NCBI RefSeq assembly: GCF_036321535.1
Contig: NC_087437.1
Span: forward strand, 97,900,001 to 97,964,000
Reading direction: 5' to 3'
DNA from: Camelus dromedarius
Taxonomy: Eukaryota
DNA: 64,000 bases
Translations under genes and position numbers: made by a program
The notes under the pieces: model-generated
The model's database searches: none
The model's input: the letters and a program-made list of their open reading frames with translations, nothing else
What the model was told of the DNA's origin: nothing
Shown: in pieces, positions 1 through 11,026 of the stretch
Layout: the number at the start of each line of letters is the position of its first letter
Numbering within the stretch: the first letter of the stretch is position 1

Positions 1-322
1 TACGCAAGATTATTAATCATCTCAATTAGTTTAAATCTTGGCTCCATTACAGTCAGAAGCCATTAATGGATTTTGGAGACACTGTTCATATAATACAGAA
101 AATGTCTCTTCTAAATAAGGGAAATAAGTAGAAAAGTAAGCAATACCAGAGACATTCAGGATGCAAGGAACTAGGCAATAGCTGCTGAGGGCACATGCCA
201 TGAGCATCAGATCAGCTCTATTCCTAATTCCTTTCTTATTTACATACCACAAAGATGTACTCTGGCCTAGTCCGGAATGGAAAATAAAGGACACAGTTTA
301 AAAACCAAACTGCAAAGTCGTA

Positions 323-328
323 TTTATT
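323..328 (-). terminator. Distal polyadenylation signal AATAAA
   Basis: Plus TTTATT at 323-328; minus context TGTAAATAAATACGACTTTGCAGTTTGGTTTTT (overlapping UGUA, downstream GU/U-rich). Confidence 0.7.
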
Positions 329-1976
329 TACATTAAAAGGTGAATTACCTGTACACACAAATTTAAGAGGCACAATCTGTTAAGCACAATAACTATGATC
401 TTCAGAACATGTTATACACAGTAGTTATCTGCTGATACATCAGTGGTTCAAGTCAAAACACAGTAAGTACCAAAACACCCCTGACACAAAATAAATTATT
501 CATTCACATATACTAATCATACAAGACAGTTAATATTTTAAAAGTTATGTACTTCAAAAAACACTAGCAAGATGTACAACCAAAATGTATTGTTTGTTTT
601 ATGAAAAATGTTTTCAGATTATTATGCATACATAATCCCTTGTAGGATGCATTTTTACCTTTTAAATAAATAAACTACACTGATTTCAAGACTATATATA
701 CATTTATATAGCCCCCTAAAATATAATTAAAGACAGACTTTACTTCATTTTTTTAAAGGTGTAACTATACTAGAGAATATGCTAAACAATTGCCTTCAAA
801 TTCCAACACTGCCAATCTATTTTTTAGACACAATTACTTAAATTCCAATTTTAGTGTATGAGATTAGCTGCCCTGTTTTGCAAATTGTTTCCTCTAAAGT
901 GTTAATAGATTGTCCTGAACTACCTTATACTTGAGAAATTCAAACTTTAAAAAATCTTAAAATGCTTTAGGTTAAAACTGATACTATATATGGAGATTTT
1001 GAAAAATTGAATACTTTTCTCTTAAAGACCTTTGCAAAAAGATCTTTTTCTATTCTGAAACTTATTGAAGATTTCTATGACGTCCAAGAGAACACCTGAA
1101 TATTTTCATAATGCAGTGAAGGATTCCTCTTTGGCATTTCTCCATTAGTTCTAAAATAAAACATGTCAACAGACATTCTATATTTTAATATCTACCTACT
1201 ACACGTATTTTCATACACAAAAGTATTTGATTAAAATTCTTTTAACAGCAATTTCATTACTAAGAAACATTCTTTAGATCTGCAAAAACCACTCAGCTTT
1301 TTATATGAGAAGCTGAAATGTTTTGATGTTGCTGAAATCACTTTGTTCACTTTTCCTTTTCTTTGATTGGAAATTTAACATCCTTTCAAACTCAACAATG
1401 GATAAAGCAGATATATTTTATACTAACAAAAATGTTGACCAGAGTATAATTTTTGAATATTGATAGGAAATATGCCTCTATTATAGAAAAAAAAAAGCTT
1501 TAAATAACAGGGGCATCACAGAAATAAAACTGCTTCATTTTCTTTCTTGGTTTTTGTAGCTTTCCTAAAAGGAAACAAACCAAAACACAAAACTGCTACC
1601 AAGCTGATTTGTGGACCTTTTTTTCACATTGCATTCCACATTAGATTTCCACGTTACTTCCAGTATTCACAAATTTTCTGCTCTCATGACACACTAACCT
1701 TAAGGCTAAAAATAGCCCAAGTCTGTAACTATTTTTAATTGATGGTAGGAAACAAGGAAGGTATTTATAAATGAGTACAATTTCCTCATTTAAAACTAAG
1801 TATGGGGAAAAAAACTCAGTAAAACTGAATCAAATGCCAGCTAAATTCTCTACGGTTTACTGAAAACAAACAATGAAACAAAAATGTAAAAGAAATAAAT
1901 ATATTGTAGCTGATTACTGCTGTTTATCAATGTCCGCAAAGGTCTTAAATAACAAAAAATTGGTAGTAATGACGGC

Positions 1977-1982
1977 TTTATT
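1977..1982 (-). terminator. Candidate proximal polyadenylation signal AATAAA
   Basis: Minus reads AATAAA-GCCGTCATTACTACCA-ATTTTTTGTTATTT: hexamer, CA ~15 nt downstream, then U-rich element. Confidence 0.55.
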
Positions 1983-2800
1983 GTGACATCAACACATTTC
2001 TAAAATGCAATTAATAATTTGCTATTGTTTTCTAAACAGGCAGAATCATGGAAATCCAAGCAGAGAAGATGCAAGCAGATGAAGGAACTAAAATATAAGT
2101 TAGGCATTTCTACTGTCTGGTGTTGAAATATTTGAATAAATCTGTAGCTATTTCAGAAACAAAATAAATTGGTCCAATAAATATATTTTAAAAATCTGGA
2201 GAATGTAGGTTATGTGAATAGGACACATAATGGGATACTGAATTTGTGAAAGTCGTTTTGTTATATAATATGGCAGTTATGAATATTATATATGCAGCTT
2301 AAAGTAACAATAAATACTGCTCTCTCCCACCCAATGTAAGTACCTGCCATCAACACTGTCCTTCAAGTATAGTTCAAATTCAGAGTTACATGTCATAACC
2401 AAAGGTATAAATTATCAGCTCCTGTCAATACAATTTAGTAAGAACTGGGAATGCTGTAATTGGCACTAGGCAATGTTTACAGAATATAATTTTAAGTGCA
2501 TATGGTTATATGGTTATCTATTTCCAGAATCCAAAATACAGCCACCTGTGCTCCCAGAAGAGCTTTACCTCAGTTCTATCACTTTAGAAGTATTTGTTGG
2601 AATGGGAGCTCTCCAAAACCAAACAAGATCAATTTGGTCATATTCAATCCTAAAACAAAATATTACATAAAATTTCATATATCTAAGTGTTATCTTTTAG
2701 GTAAATTTGCGAGATATTTGGAGAATTTATTAGGTGGAGATGGTCTGATAAAGGGGAAGAGATCATCAGACAAGGTCACAAATAACCATTCCTTCATAAT

Positions 2801-3465
2801 TCAGTTGAAGTTGGTCTTCTGTAAATGCTTATTGGGAATTTCTAAAGCACTGACTTGCAGAGGCCAAGAGCCGCCATCAATCCCTGCTTGGATAGCCACT
2901 CCTGTCACCACTGCCAGGTCAGGGTCTACAGACGTGTTGGGATCCTTTCCAAAGAACTCTTGAATGACCTGGCGGATTCGAGGAATACGAGTTGAGCCCC
3001 CAACCAAAACCACCTCGTCAATCTCAGTCTTTCCCAGGTGGCCTTCTTTTAACACTTGGTGAATGGGTACGAGGATTTTCTGGAAAAGATCTTCATTAAG
3101 GGTGTCAAAGAGCTTCCGTGATATTTCTGTTTCAAACAAAACCTGACTTTCTCCATTTTTCTTTTCAGAAAGGCTATCTCCAGTGCTCTTCACCTGGTGG
3201 CCATCTGCTGGGGAAAGTCTGTCCTTCTGCAGTTCAGTGTCACTACTCTGAGGTTCCTTCCTGTCCTTTTCCTCCACTGTTAGTAATACTGAGAGCTGAG
3301 CAGACTGATGAAGAGTCAGATTTAATTTGACCATTTCCACAGCTTGTCTCAATCTGTGGATTTCCTCTTTCCTAGATGGTAGGAAGCCATATGTTTGATA
3401 GATCTGTTTATATAAGTACTGAAGCAATCTCTGATTGAAGTCTTGTCCTCCAAGCTTATTGTTTC
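2801..3465 (-). CDS. HSPA13: HSPA13 exon 5 coding part (GNNKLGGQDFNQRLL...VLVGGSTRIPRI...KTNFN*)
   Basis: Acceptor TAG at 3468-3466, phase 1; Hsp70 motifs LGGQDF and VLVGGSTRIP; stop TGA at 2803-2801; 665 nt. Confidence 0.98.
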
Positions 3466-4268
3466 CTAAGTTAAAAATTTAAAAGTTTAATTATTATTTA
3501 GAAATATATATGTGCATGTATATGTATACATGTATCTGTGTATATGTATGTATAAAGATGATATTCTGGAAATAACAAACCCTTATTTAATGTATTATTA
3601 AGATTTTATTCATACAAAGACTGATTAAAAATAATTGGGTTAAAATGATCTTAATTCAAACATGTACTATTAAAATACAGTGCACATCTGGGCTTAAATG
3701 ATGTAAAAGGAAGCATCTCTTAGTGATATCAAATAATTTTTCAGAAATAAGATACTGAGAACACAGACTGGCTTTTAAGTAACAATTGAAAAAAAAAACA
3801 AATGTCATTATTCTCAACAGAAGAAAGTTCTTATAATTAAAAAAGTATTAATAGGCATTTTTATCTTTAAAAAAAAAATCCTTTTGCTTGAATGATTAAA
3901 AGGTGAAAAATAGAAAAAAATACTTTAGTAAGGGAAAGAGTAATGGAATATAAATGCCCAGCGCCGAATCTAGTTCAAAATAGAGTCTGGTTAGGAGGGA
4001 AAAAATGTAGAAATTAAACCACCTATAACTTAAGCTCCATAGGTTTATTTCCTTAAACTAAATTAAAACAAAAGCCTTTAAAAATTAGAATATAAAATAC
4101 AATTCTTAGATTTCCTAAAGACACCTATTTTGTGAAACAGATTATCAAGTGAAATAAACTGATCATCCTTTATTTTAAAAGAATGTCTTTCCTTCTGTTC
4201 CCTTCACCATCACCATTACATATGTTAATGTGCCTAAACCTCTGTACCTTTCCCTGTATTTTCCTTAC

Positions 4269-4436
4269 CAGACATTGCTCGGGTCAGAAACATTCCTCCT
4301 TGTTTATTCAGCAATGACACATCTAGAGTTCCTCCGCCCAGATCTATTACCAAGACGTGAAAGACGTCTGCTTTGTGGAGGCCATAGGCCATAGCTGCTG
4401 CTGTAGGTTCATTTATTACTCTTAAGATCTTCAGTC
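4269..4436 (-). CDS. HSPA13: HSPA13 exon 4 ([20 protein letters not shown]...[10 protein letters not shown]...RAMS)
   Basis: Acceptor TTTTACAG ending 4437, donor GTAAGG from 4268; Hsp70 signatures INEPTAAA and [10 protein letters not shown]; 168 nt. Confidence 0.98.
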
Positions 4437-5109
4437 CTGTAAAATCGGTTGGAGGGAAGAACAAATCATGAGAGGACATATTAGGAAATTTCTTCCCACT
4501 CAATCTTACAACGTTTTAAGTGTCTCTATGACATGAACTCCGCTGAGTAATAATAAGAAAGACAAGCCAGAAACCCCCCAAAATAATGAAAGAAGAAGGA
4601 TAAATACAGGTTTTTCTAAATGAGTATCATTAAAATTATTCTAAAAGAAGATTATAATAAAAAGAAATAAAGGCCTAGATTCAGTAGAACACATCATTCT
4701 ATTTATTAATTAATACTTAATTTTAGAAAATCTCTAAGCCTCCTCCTTCATATTTTACTTGGGAATACATAAGCAATTAAACTTTAATCATTTTGTAATG
4801 TAACAAATTGCTATAGAAATGAGATAAGCTTACTGTACTCTTCTTTTAAAAGAGACTTTTTGTTAAAAACAACAGATGAATAAACAGAAAAGAGATAATA
4901 AAAAGAAAAATCTAGAAATATACAGCAAAATCTGACTTCAAAGCAAAGTTAGACAGTAAATGTGCAGGCAAAAGATCAGATTTCCTTGAGCAAAATTCCT
5001 GCTTTAAACTAACTGCCACACATAATGAGTGGCCTTGAAAGTAACATGGCTTTATGTATCAAGAGCCATAAAACCTATTCAGACTCTGAAGAATTTATTC
5101 AAAGACCAT

Positions 5110-5760
5110 AAAACCTTTCCCCTTAGCTCTCTGACTTCATCACTCACTCTGCTCCAGCCACACTGACCAACCTCCAATTTTCTTATGTACCAGCAAATTC
5201 TCATTTCATGGCTGCTCCACTGACCATTCTCCCTCCTATAGCATACTTCCTCTATATAGCTGCTTTGCTAACTGCCTTGCTTCCTTCAAATCTGCTTAAA
5301 TGTCACCTTAGGAAGGTCTACATGACCACTCTTCTCTAAAACCTGCAAGTCCTCCTACCCTCTGGTCACCCGGCAAACCTGTCCCCTTATCCTGTCTTTT
5401 TTCCCACAGCATGTTACTTTCTCATGTATGTTGTATCAAGGCTCTCAACCAGAGGGCATTTGGCTCCTCTGGGGACTTCTGGCCACTGAAGACATAAAAC
5501 TGTCATCATTTGTTGGGGAGGCTATACTGGCATCCAGGGAGTACAGGCCAGGGATGCTGCAAAATAGCCTATAACACGCAGGACAGTCTCCCAGAACAAA
5601 GAATTATCAGGCCCCAAATGTCCATTATGCTAAGGGTAAGAAAGCCCATAACATACCTATCTTCAATGCTGATTTTCTGTTACCCCCAATAGAATATAAG
5701 CTCCAGGAGAAAAGGATTTATCTGTTTTGTTTACTAAAGCACTCAATATTTATGGAATAG
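5110..5760 (+). mobile_element. L2 LINE 3' fragment in intron 3, interrupted by a MER20-like element
   Basis: L2-like segments CTCTGCTCCAGCCACACTG, CTTAAATGTCACCTT, TAGAATATAAGCTCC...TCTGTTTTGTTTACT. Confidence 0.65.
5437..5648. mobile_element. MER20-like hAT-Charlie DNA transposon fossil
   Basis: CTCTCAACCAGAGGGCATTTGG...TACTGGCATCCAGGGAGTACAGGCCAGGGATGCTGC...AAGAATTATCAGGCCCCAAATGTC matches recalled MER20 consensus and its ~210 bp length. Confidence 0.8.
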
Positions 5761-6099
5761 CATTATATGAATTTTCTCCCAATTTAGATTTTTTAAAAAC
5801 ATTATATTCATCTTCACATTAAAAAAGTTTAGAAGAAAAAAATTCCTCATTGCTAACATGTGTCCATGTTCTCTCAGCCTTTGTCATATGCCTGATAGAC
5901 TGTTGTCATATTATACACATTTTACATGGCATGATAGAACTTCCTTAATTGTCTGTAAATCTATATAAAAACCCATCTAATTTATTTACCAAATAGTTTG
6001 TTCAGGTACCAAGTCAGGTGGTTTGCAAACGAAGTACCTTACTACAGATTTTCAACCTAAGAAAATTTTGATAAAAATGCAACTCAGGTATGTGATTAC

Positions 6100-6313
6100 C
6101 TGCAAGGTTAGCAGCTTCAATTGTTGAATTTCTTTGTTTTAGATCAAATTCTGCTGGTACAGAAATAACAGCATTGGCAACTGGCATTCCAAGGTATTCC
6201 TCTGCCATTTCCTTTAACTTCAACAACAGTCTAGAGCCCACATATTCTGGGGAAACGGTGATGGTCTCATTACTTGTCACAGAAAACTCAACCATTCCAT
6301 TTTTGTTTAAAAC
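6100..6313 (-). CDS. HSPA13: HSPA13 exon 3 (VLNKNGMVEF...AVISVPAEFDLKQRNSTIEAANLA)
   Basis: Acceptor TTCATAG ending 6314, donor GTAATC from 6099; Hsp70 AVISVPAEF motif; 214 nt. Confidence 0.98.
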
Positions 6314-7189
6314 CTATGAAGGAGATTTGCAAAAACAAACAAATAAAAAGTGTGTGTATGTATCTACATATGCATATGCTAACACACATATATACATGCA
6401 GGATGTATTCAATCAAAACTTAACCTTTAAAAAGTCATAAAATTCATTTGTTATCTAACAAGTGCATTTACTAAGACTAGAGGTTGTTAAAAGTTATACT
6501 TTAAAATCTATAAAATGAATCCACTCCATAGTTTCAATAACAGAAGAATAATAAAATTCACCAATAAACATATAATTGGAACATAAAAGATTCTCAAACA
6601 TAAATCTGATAAATGAAAGAAAAGATAAAAGCTGAAATAGAAGGAACAACAGTTGCTAAGTCATGTATGTAACTCAAGATCTTCTTTTTTTAAGAAAAAT
6701 AAATTTGTTTCCAAAACTAATAGATCAGTGAAAGAATGTTCTGGTAAATATTAACAAGAATAATTTTAGTATTTCATTATGTTCTTATCTAAGAATAAAC
6801 TGTCACTCACATTCTTGTTCCCGTGAAAACAGATGTTAGCCAATTATCCCTGCTAATGTGGTTGTACATTTGTACATTTAAAAAATTACATTAATTCTAA
6901 AACATGCTAGTTTCACCAACAGTTTTGTATTAACATCAACAGTAAAGAGCATTAATCTATTCTAAGAAATTACAAGCATTTTACCCCAGTCATTCTAGAC
7001 TACGTAATTAGGTTTCAATCGAGAAAACCTGACCTTCCAAAAAGTATTTCACCTGTCTGGGGAAAACAAAAACAAGCTATGGACACTATTAATATAAGGT
7101 CCAAAGATACCAGTACCTTCAGAGTGATCATGAAACAGAAACAACAAAAAAATCAGATCAATTAGAAACTTAAAAAAAAAAAAAACCAA

Positions 7190-8400
7190 ACCTTAAAATA
7201 ACTCTTGGATCAATAAGTAATGTACCCAAAGCTGTAATTTAGAGGAAAATGTAAAGCTTTATGTGATTTTATCATTACATAAGAAAAACTACAAATTAAT
7301 AAAGAATCCGAAGAAAGAGCTAATAAAGAACAAAGAAATAAACCTAAGAAATGCATGGAGAAATTCTTTTTCACCTTTGAAATAGATAAAAATTTTGAGA
7401 ATTTTTTTGTATGGATTAGTCAATAAGAAGCAGAGATACAATCACCTATTTTAAAATCTGCTTATTGAGAATCCCACTTCATAATTTACCAAAAAAACCC
7501 CTACATGGGTTTTTAACATTTAAACATTTGAATGTTTGAAAGGAAAAAAACCCAGTAAAACCCAAACCTACAAATACTTAAATAAAAGCATTAGGAAAAA
7601 AAATACAAGTGGATAGGACTGGAAAGGACATTGTAAACATGGTGAGAGTCCAAAAACATTTTTTGAAAGTTAAGAGATGATTTTACCACATAAAAATTTA
7701 ACATTCTTGACAGTTCAAAAACAAAACTATACACCATCAGTTAAAAAAAAAAGAAAAAATACTGAAAACTATCACAAAGGTGTTTTATAGTCATTGGGGG
7801 AAGGTAAACAATTCCAAAAGAAAACAGGATGAAGGATAAGAAATTGATCACTGAAGAAAATTAAAATGCTGATAAACCAATTTTTAAGAGTTTGACCTCA
7901 CTAGAAGTCATAGGAATGCAGATCAAGACAAGATATCATTTTTTACTTACCTATTGGCAAAGACTGAAAAATAATAACACTGAAGATATAAGCACTCTAA
8001 AAAATAGGTAAAAGTATATAAACTTTTTGGTGCACAATTTGGCAATATAAATCAAAAGCCTTAAAAACATGCATACATTAGGCCTGTCAATTCCAGTTCT
8101 AGAATTCAAATTTAGGAAATTATCAGAGCAATGTAAAAACATGTATGTACAAAGATATTCACTGAAGCTCCAATAACAGTAGAAAACTAGGGGAAAAATA
8201 ATGTGTACACTGACAGAAACTGGACAGTTAAATAATGGAATAGTTATTCCATTACAACTATGAAAGACAGTAAAATAATGAGGTAAGCCTACTAACTGTC
8301 CACGATGTACTGATGAGTTTTAAACAAGTCATAACACAGCATGCCTAGTATGATCTTTTTTTTATGTATACAAATATGCATATACACAAACACAGAGAAT
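7190..8400 (+). mobile_element. Degraded old L1 (L1M/L1ME-type) fragments in intron 2
   Basis: A-rich strand bias; L1 ORF2/3' remnants such as AATAACTCTTGGATCAA, CCTATTGGCAAAG, CAATTTGGCAATATAAATCAAAAGCCTTAAAAA. Confidence 0.6.
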
Positions 8401-8469
8401 ATCTATGTATCCATCCATCTATAGGTACATGGGGCTTCATTAGCTTTCCTGCTACAATGAAAGAGCTAT

Positions 8470-8700
8470 GCAGACATTCTGAGGATGGCAGACTGAGAGA
8501 CTGGTAATGTCCCAAGTCCTTGATAATACTGTGGGGTCAATGAATTAACAAACTCCGGAGCTGCTGTGGGATTGCTTGTTATATGATAAAACTTCCATGC
8601 AGATTGAGTCTTTTTTTCTTTGTGATGCTGGTGATGGTGGTGGAGACTCAGTCCATTTAAACAGAATGTTTCATTAACTTGAAGCTAAAGCATTAATTGA
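8470..8700 (+). mobile_element. Old MaLR LTR fragment (MLT1J-like)
   Basis: GAGGATGGCAGA...AGTCCTTGATAA...CTTGTTATATGATAAAA...AACTTGAAGCTAAAGCAT resembles old MLT1 3' halves. Confidence 0.4.
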
Positions 8701-8746
8701 AACAGTAATCTGAGCTAAAGTTAAAAGATATTTTAGCTTAACTTAC

Positions 8747-9087
8747 CTTAAAAGGGTATCTGCCAATTTCAGCCTCTAGCTCTTCTGGGGTAAAAATCTT
8801 GCCTATGAATCTTTTAGCATCATATATGGTGTTCTGAGGATTTGAATCCGCCAGCTCTAAGCTTTCATACCCCACATAAACATCGTCGTCAGTGAAGGAC
8901 ACCATGCTGGGTATGCTGATGTGCCCATTTTCATCTGGAATGACCTTTACTTTTCCTGTACCAGGAAAAAACACCCCGACTGAACAGTAGGTGGTACCAA
9001 GGTCAATGCCAATCACTTTAGGAGTAGGCAATGGTAAATACTGTTGTGCCAAATAGCCAGCCAATAGGAGAGTCAAAACAGCTGATC
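8747..9087 (-). CDS. HSPA13: HSPA13 exon 2 (GSAVLTLLLAGYLAQQYLPLPTPKVIGIDLGTTYCSV...GRYPFK)
   Basis: Acceptor TTTCAG ending 9088, donor GTAAGT from 8746; hydrophobic leader followed by Hsp70 phosphate-1 motif GIDLGTT; 341 nt. Confidence 0.98.
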
Positions 9088-10629
9088 CTGAAAGACAGGC
9101 AAATTAAAAGTTATGTCTTATCAAACTAGCACAATATGCTAAATTACTATAGTAAAGTCCCTTGAATACCACTCTTTGAAACAAGATTAAAGATACAATC
9201 TCAAAATTTCTTTTATAGTACTCATGATAACACTTCTTAAACACCAAGTTTGCATAATGTAAACTGACTGTAATACAACTAAATTGAAGTAGCCACAAAA
9301 ACAAAAACTCTGTATATTTGTGTACTTCTCATGGGTAGGTAAAGGGATAAAATGGAAAAACATTTCAATAATAATTGTGCTACTGCTGACGGGAAAAACC
9401 ATTCATCTGGAGCAAAAGTTAGATATAATCTAATTCTTGGTAAATTAATATTTAGATTTTATAGTTTTATGATTAGCTTTCGATATTATTGTTAAAAATA
9501 AACTCTATTATTAAAATTTCCATAGCAAAAACTGTTATTGTAAGGCTAAACTCTTTATCCCTTTATTTCCTGTTTCCTTTCAAAAGAATGAAACGGATAA
9601 ACTAGATGAAAATAATTTTGTAATTTGCTTAGATAGTCAACTGTCACTTCATAACAAAACAGTTAACTTTTTCTGTACTGAATATGAATTAAGGACATAG
9701 TTCTTGCAAAGGTGATATTTAGGAAGAGAGATTAAGTGAAACCCTGATGACAACATAAATGGAAGCTCCCTTGAAGTCAGGTTTTACTCACCGTTGTGTC
9801 CCCTACACCAAGAACGGTTCCTAGCCAGTTGAAGATTGTTTAATAAATATTAACTGGTGAAAAAAAATATGAACAAATGCCACGCAGACTGTAAACGTAA
9901 ATGATGAAGAAAGAAGCTACTTCGAATTTACAATTAATCGTTTTTTTGTTTCAGAAGGCTATGTTATACACCTGTGTCCATCCACGTTACACATAACCCC
10001 AAACGCCAATTTGTAGGGGTCTGCTGTGCTAATTGTTAGCTCATCCTCATCAACACGTAACTCAAAGTCATGAAATCAGGTGCCAATCCAACTTTCCTGT
10101 TGCTCCTACGTACACATTTTCTGAAGCATTTCATCACCTCTTCCGGAGAGGGTAATTCCTACCTGGTTGGTGGAAACACTGAACTATACATCAAAGAGGC
10201 CTGGATCTCTCTAAGTACAGCATCCCATGGGCTTACAGTTCGGGATGCTGCTGCCGCTCCTCCCCCTTCCTCCACAAAGGGGTCTTGGAGATGCACATTC
10301 CGGCAGCCTCTCGAAGGCCCCAATTCAACAGAGGATTCAAAATCGACATTCATTAGGGAACAACCTTTCCCGAGGCTCGATGTCCCTACAATGTACGCGG
10401 ACCGTCGCCGCCAGCCCTACCCAGGCCTACTCCGGCCTGGGCCTTCTTAGAGGCGACCCCCCAACCTGGCGTCATTTACAACCCCAAACCGCCTCTAAGT
10501 CACATTTCCAGCGCCCCTTCTGCTGCGCCAGCGGGATCCAGCAGGTGTGACAACCATCCCCGCCCATCGCGGCCTCCCCAAACCGCTCCGGTGCCTGCAA
10601 CAGCGTCAGGGACCCTTCCGATCACTAAC

Positions 10630-10654
10630 CTAAGATCGTCATCTCTCCGGCCAT
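10630..10654 (-). CDS. HSPA13: HSPA13 exon 1 coding part (MAGEMTIL-G)
   Basis: Minus: GTG ATG GCC GGA GAG ATG ACG ATC TTA G|GTTAGT; good Kozak context (G at -3, G at +4); 25 nt, phase 1, joins exon 2 in frame; matches recalled HSPA13 N-terminus. Confidence 0.93.
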
Positions 10655-10736
10655 CACAGTCCCGCCGAAGAGGATTGGGATGACTGTACAGGACGTGAGG
10701 CGCCGCCCCCACGCTGCCCGGCAGCCCCGTGTGCCC

Positions 10737-10752
10737 CTGGGAAATGTAGTCC
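10737..10752 (-). promoter_or_regulatory. ZNF143/THAP11 (SBS, ACTACA-TCCCA) motif 1
   Basis: Plus CTGGGAAATGTAGTCC = minus GGACTACATTTCCCAG, about 85-100 bp upstream of the ATG. Confidence 0.8.
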
Positions 10753-11005
10753 TGTTGCTCTGACGCGGCCGGAAAAGCTACGTCTCCGACCGGAAAAAGG
10801 ACTTCATTTACCGGGAGGTCCCGGGGCTGAGGGCCCCCATTCAACCGCTGCCAGTGACGCCAGAGCCGCCCTCCCACGCACGGACTGCCAAGCCAATTAG
10901 GCTGAGGTGAGGAGAGCCAAGAAGAGGGACTGGAGTTCACAAGCCTGAAGGGCCTCCTGCCAACTTGAGGTAAAAACAGTTTCTTTAGCGCCGCCCCACC
11001 GTTTT

Positions 11006-11026
11006 GCATTCTGGGAAGCGTAGTTC
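11006..11026 (-). promoter_or_regulatory. ZNF143 (SBS) motif 2
   Basis: Plus GCATTCTGGGAAGCGTAGTTC = minus GAACTACGCTTCCCAGAATGC, near full-length SBS. Confidence 0.75.

Larger units (their letters stand above)
305..2800 (-). other. HSPA13: HSPA13 3'UTR (long form), part of terminal exon 5
   Basis: AT-rich stretch with no recognisable repeats following the TGA at 2801-2803 and ending at a minus-strand AATAAA (323-328); exact cleavage site inferred. Confidence 0.75.

Noticed and set aside
2473..3330. Plus-strand ORFs (65, 155, 70 aa)
   Set aside because: Antisense shadows of HSPA13 exon 5 and its UTR; no independent coding evidence
5059..5116. Imperfect 18-bp direct repeat (CCATAAAACCT core)
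   Set aside because: Small local duplication in intron 3 with nothing element-like between the copies
10674..10698. ATTGG plus ACGTG as an ERSE/ERSE-II
   Set aside because: Order and spacing fit neither CCAAT-N9-CCACG nor ATTGG-N-CCACG
10070..11009. Overlapping ORFs of 107-169 aa around exon 1
   Set aside because: Expected stop-codon scarcity in a GC-rich CpG island; the 169-aa ORF starts upstream of the likely TSS, is out of frame with HSPA13 and has no recognisable homology
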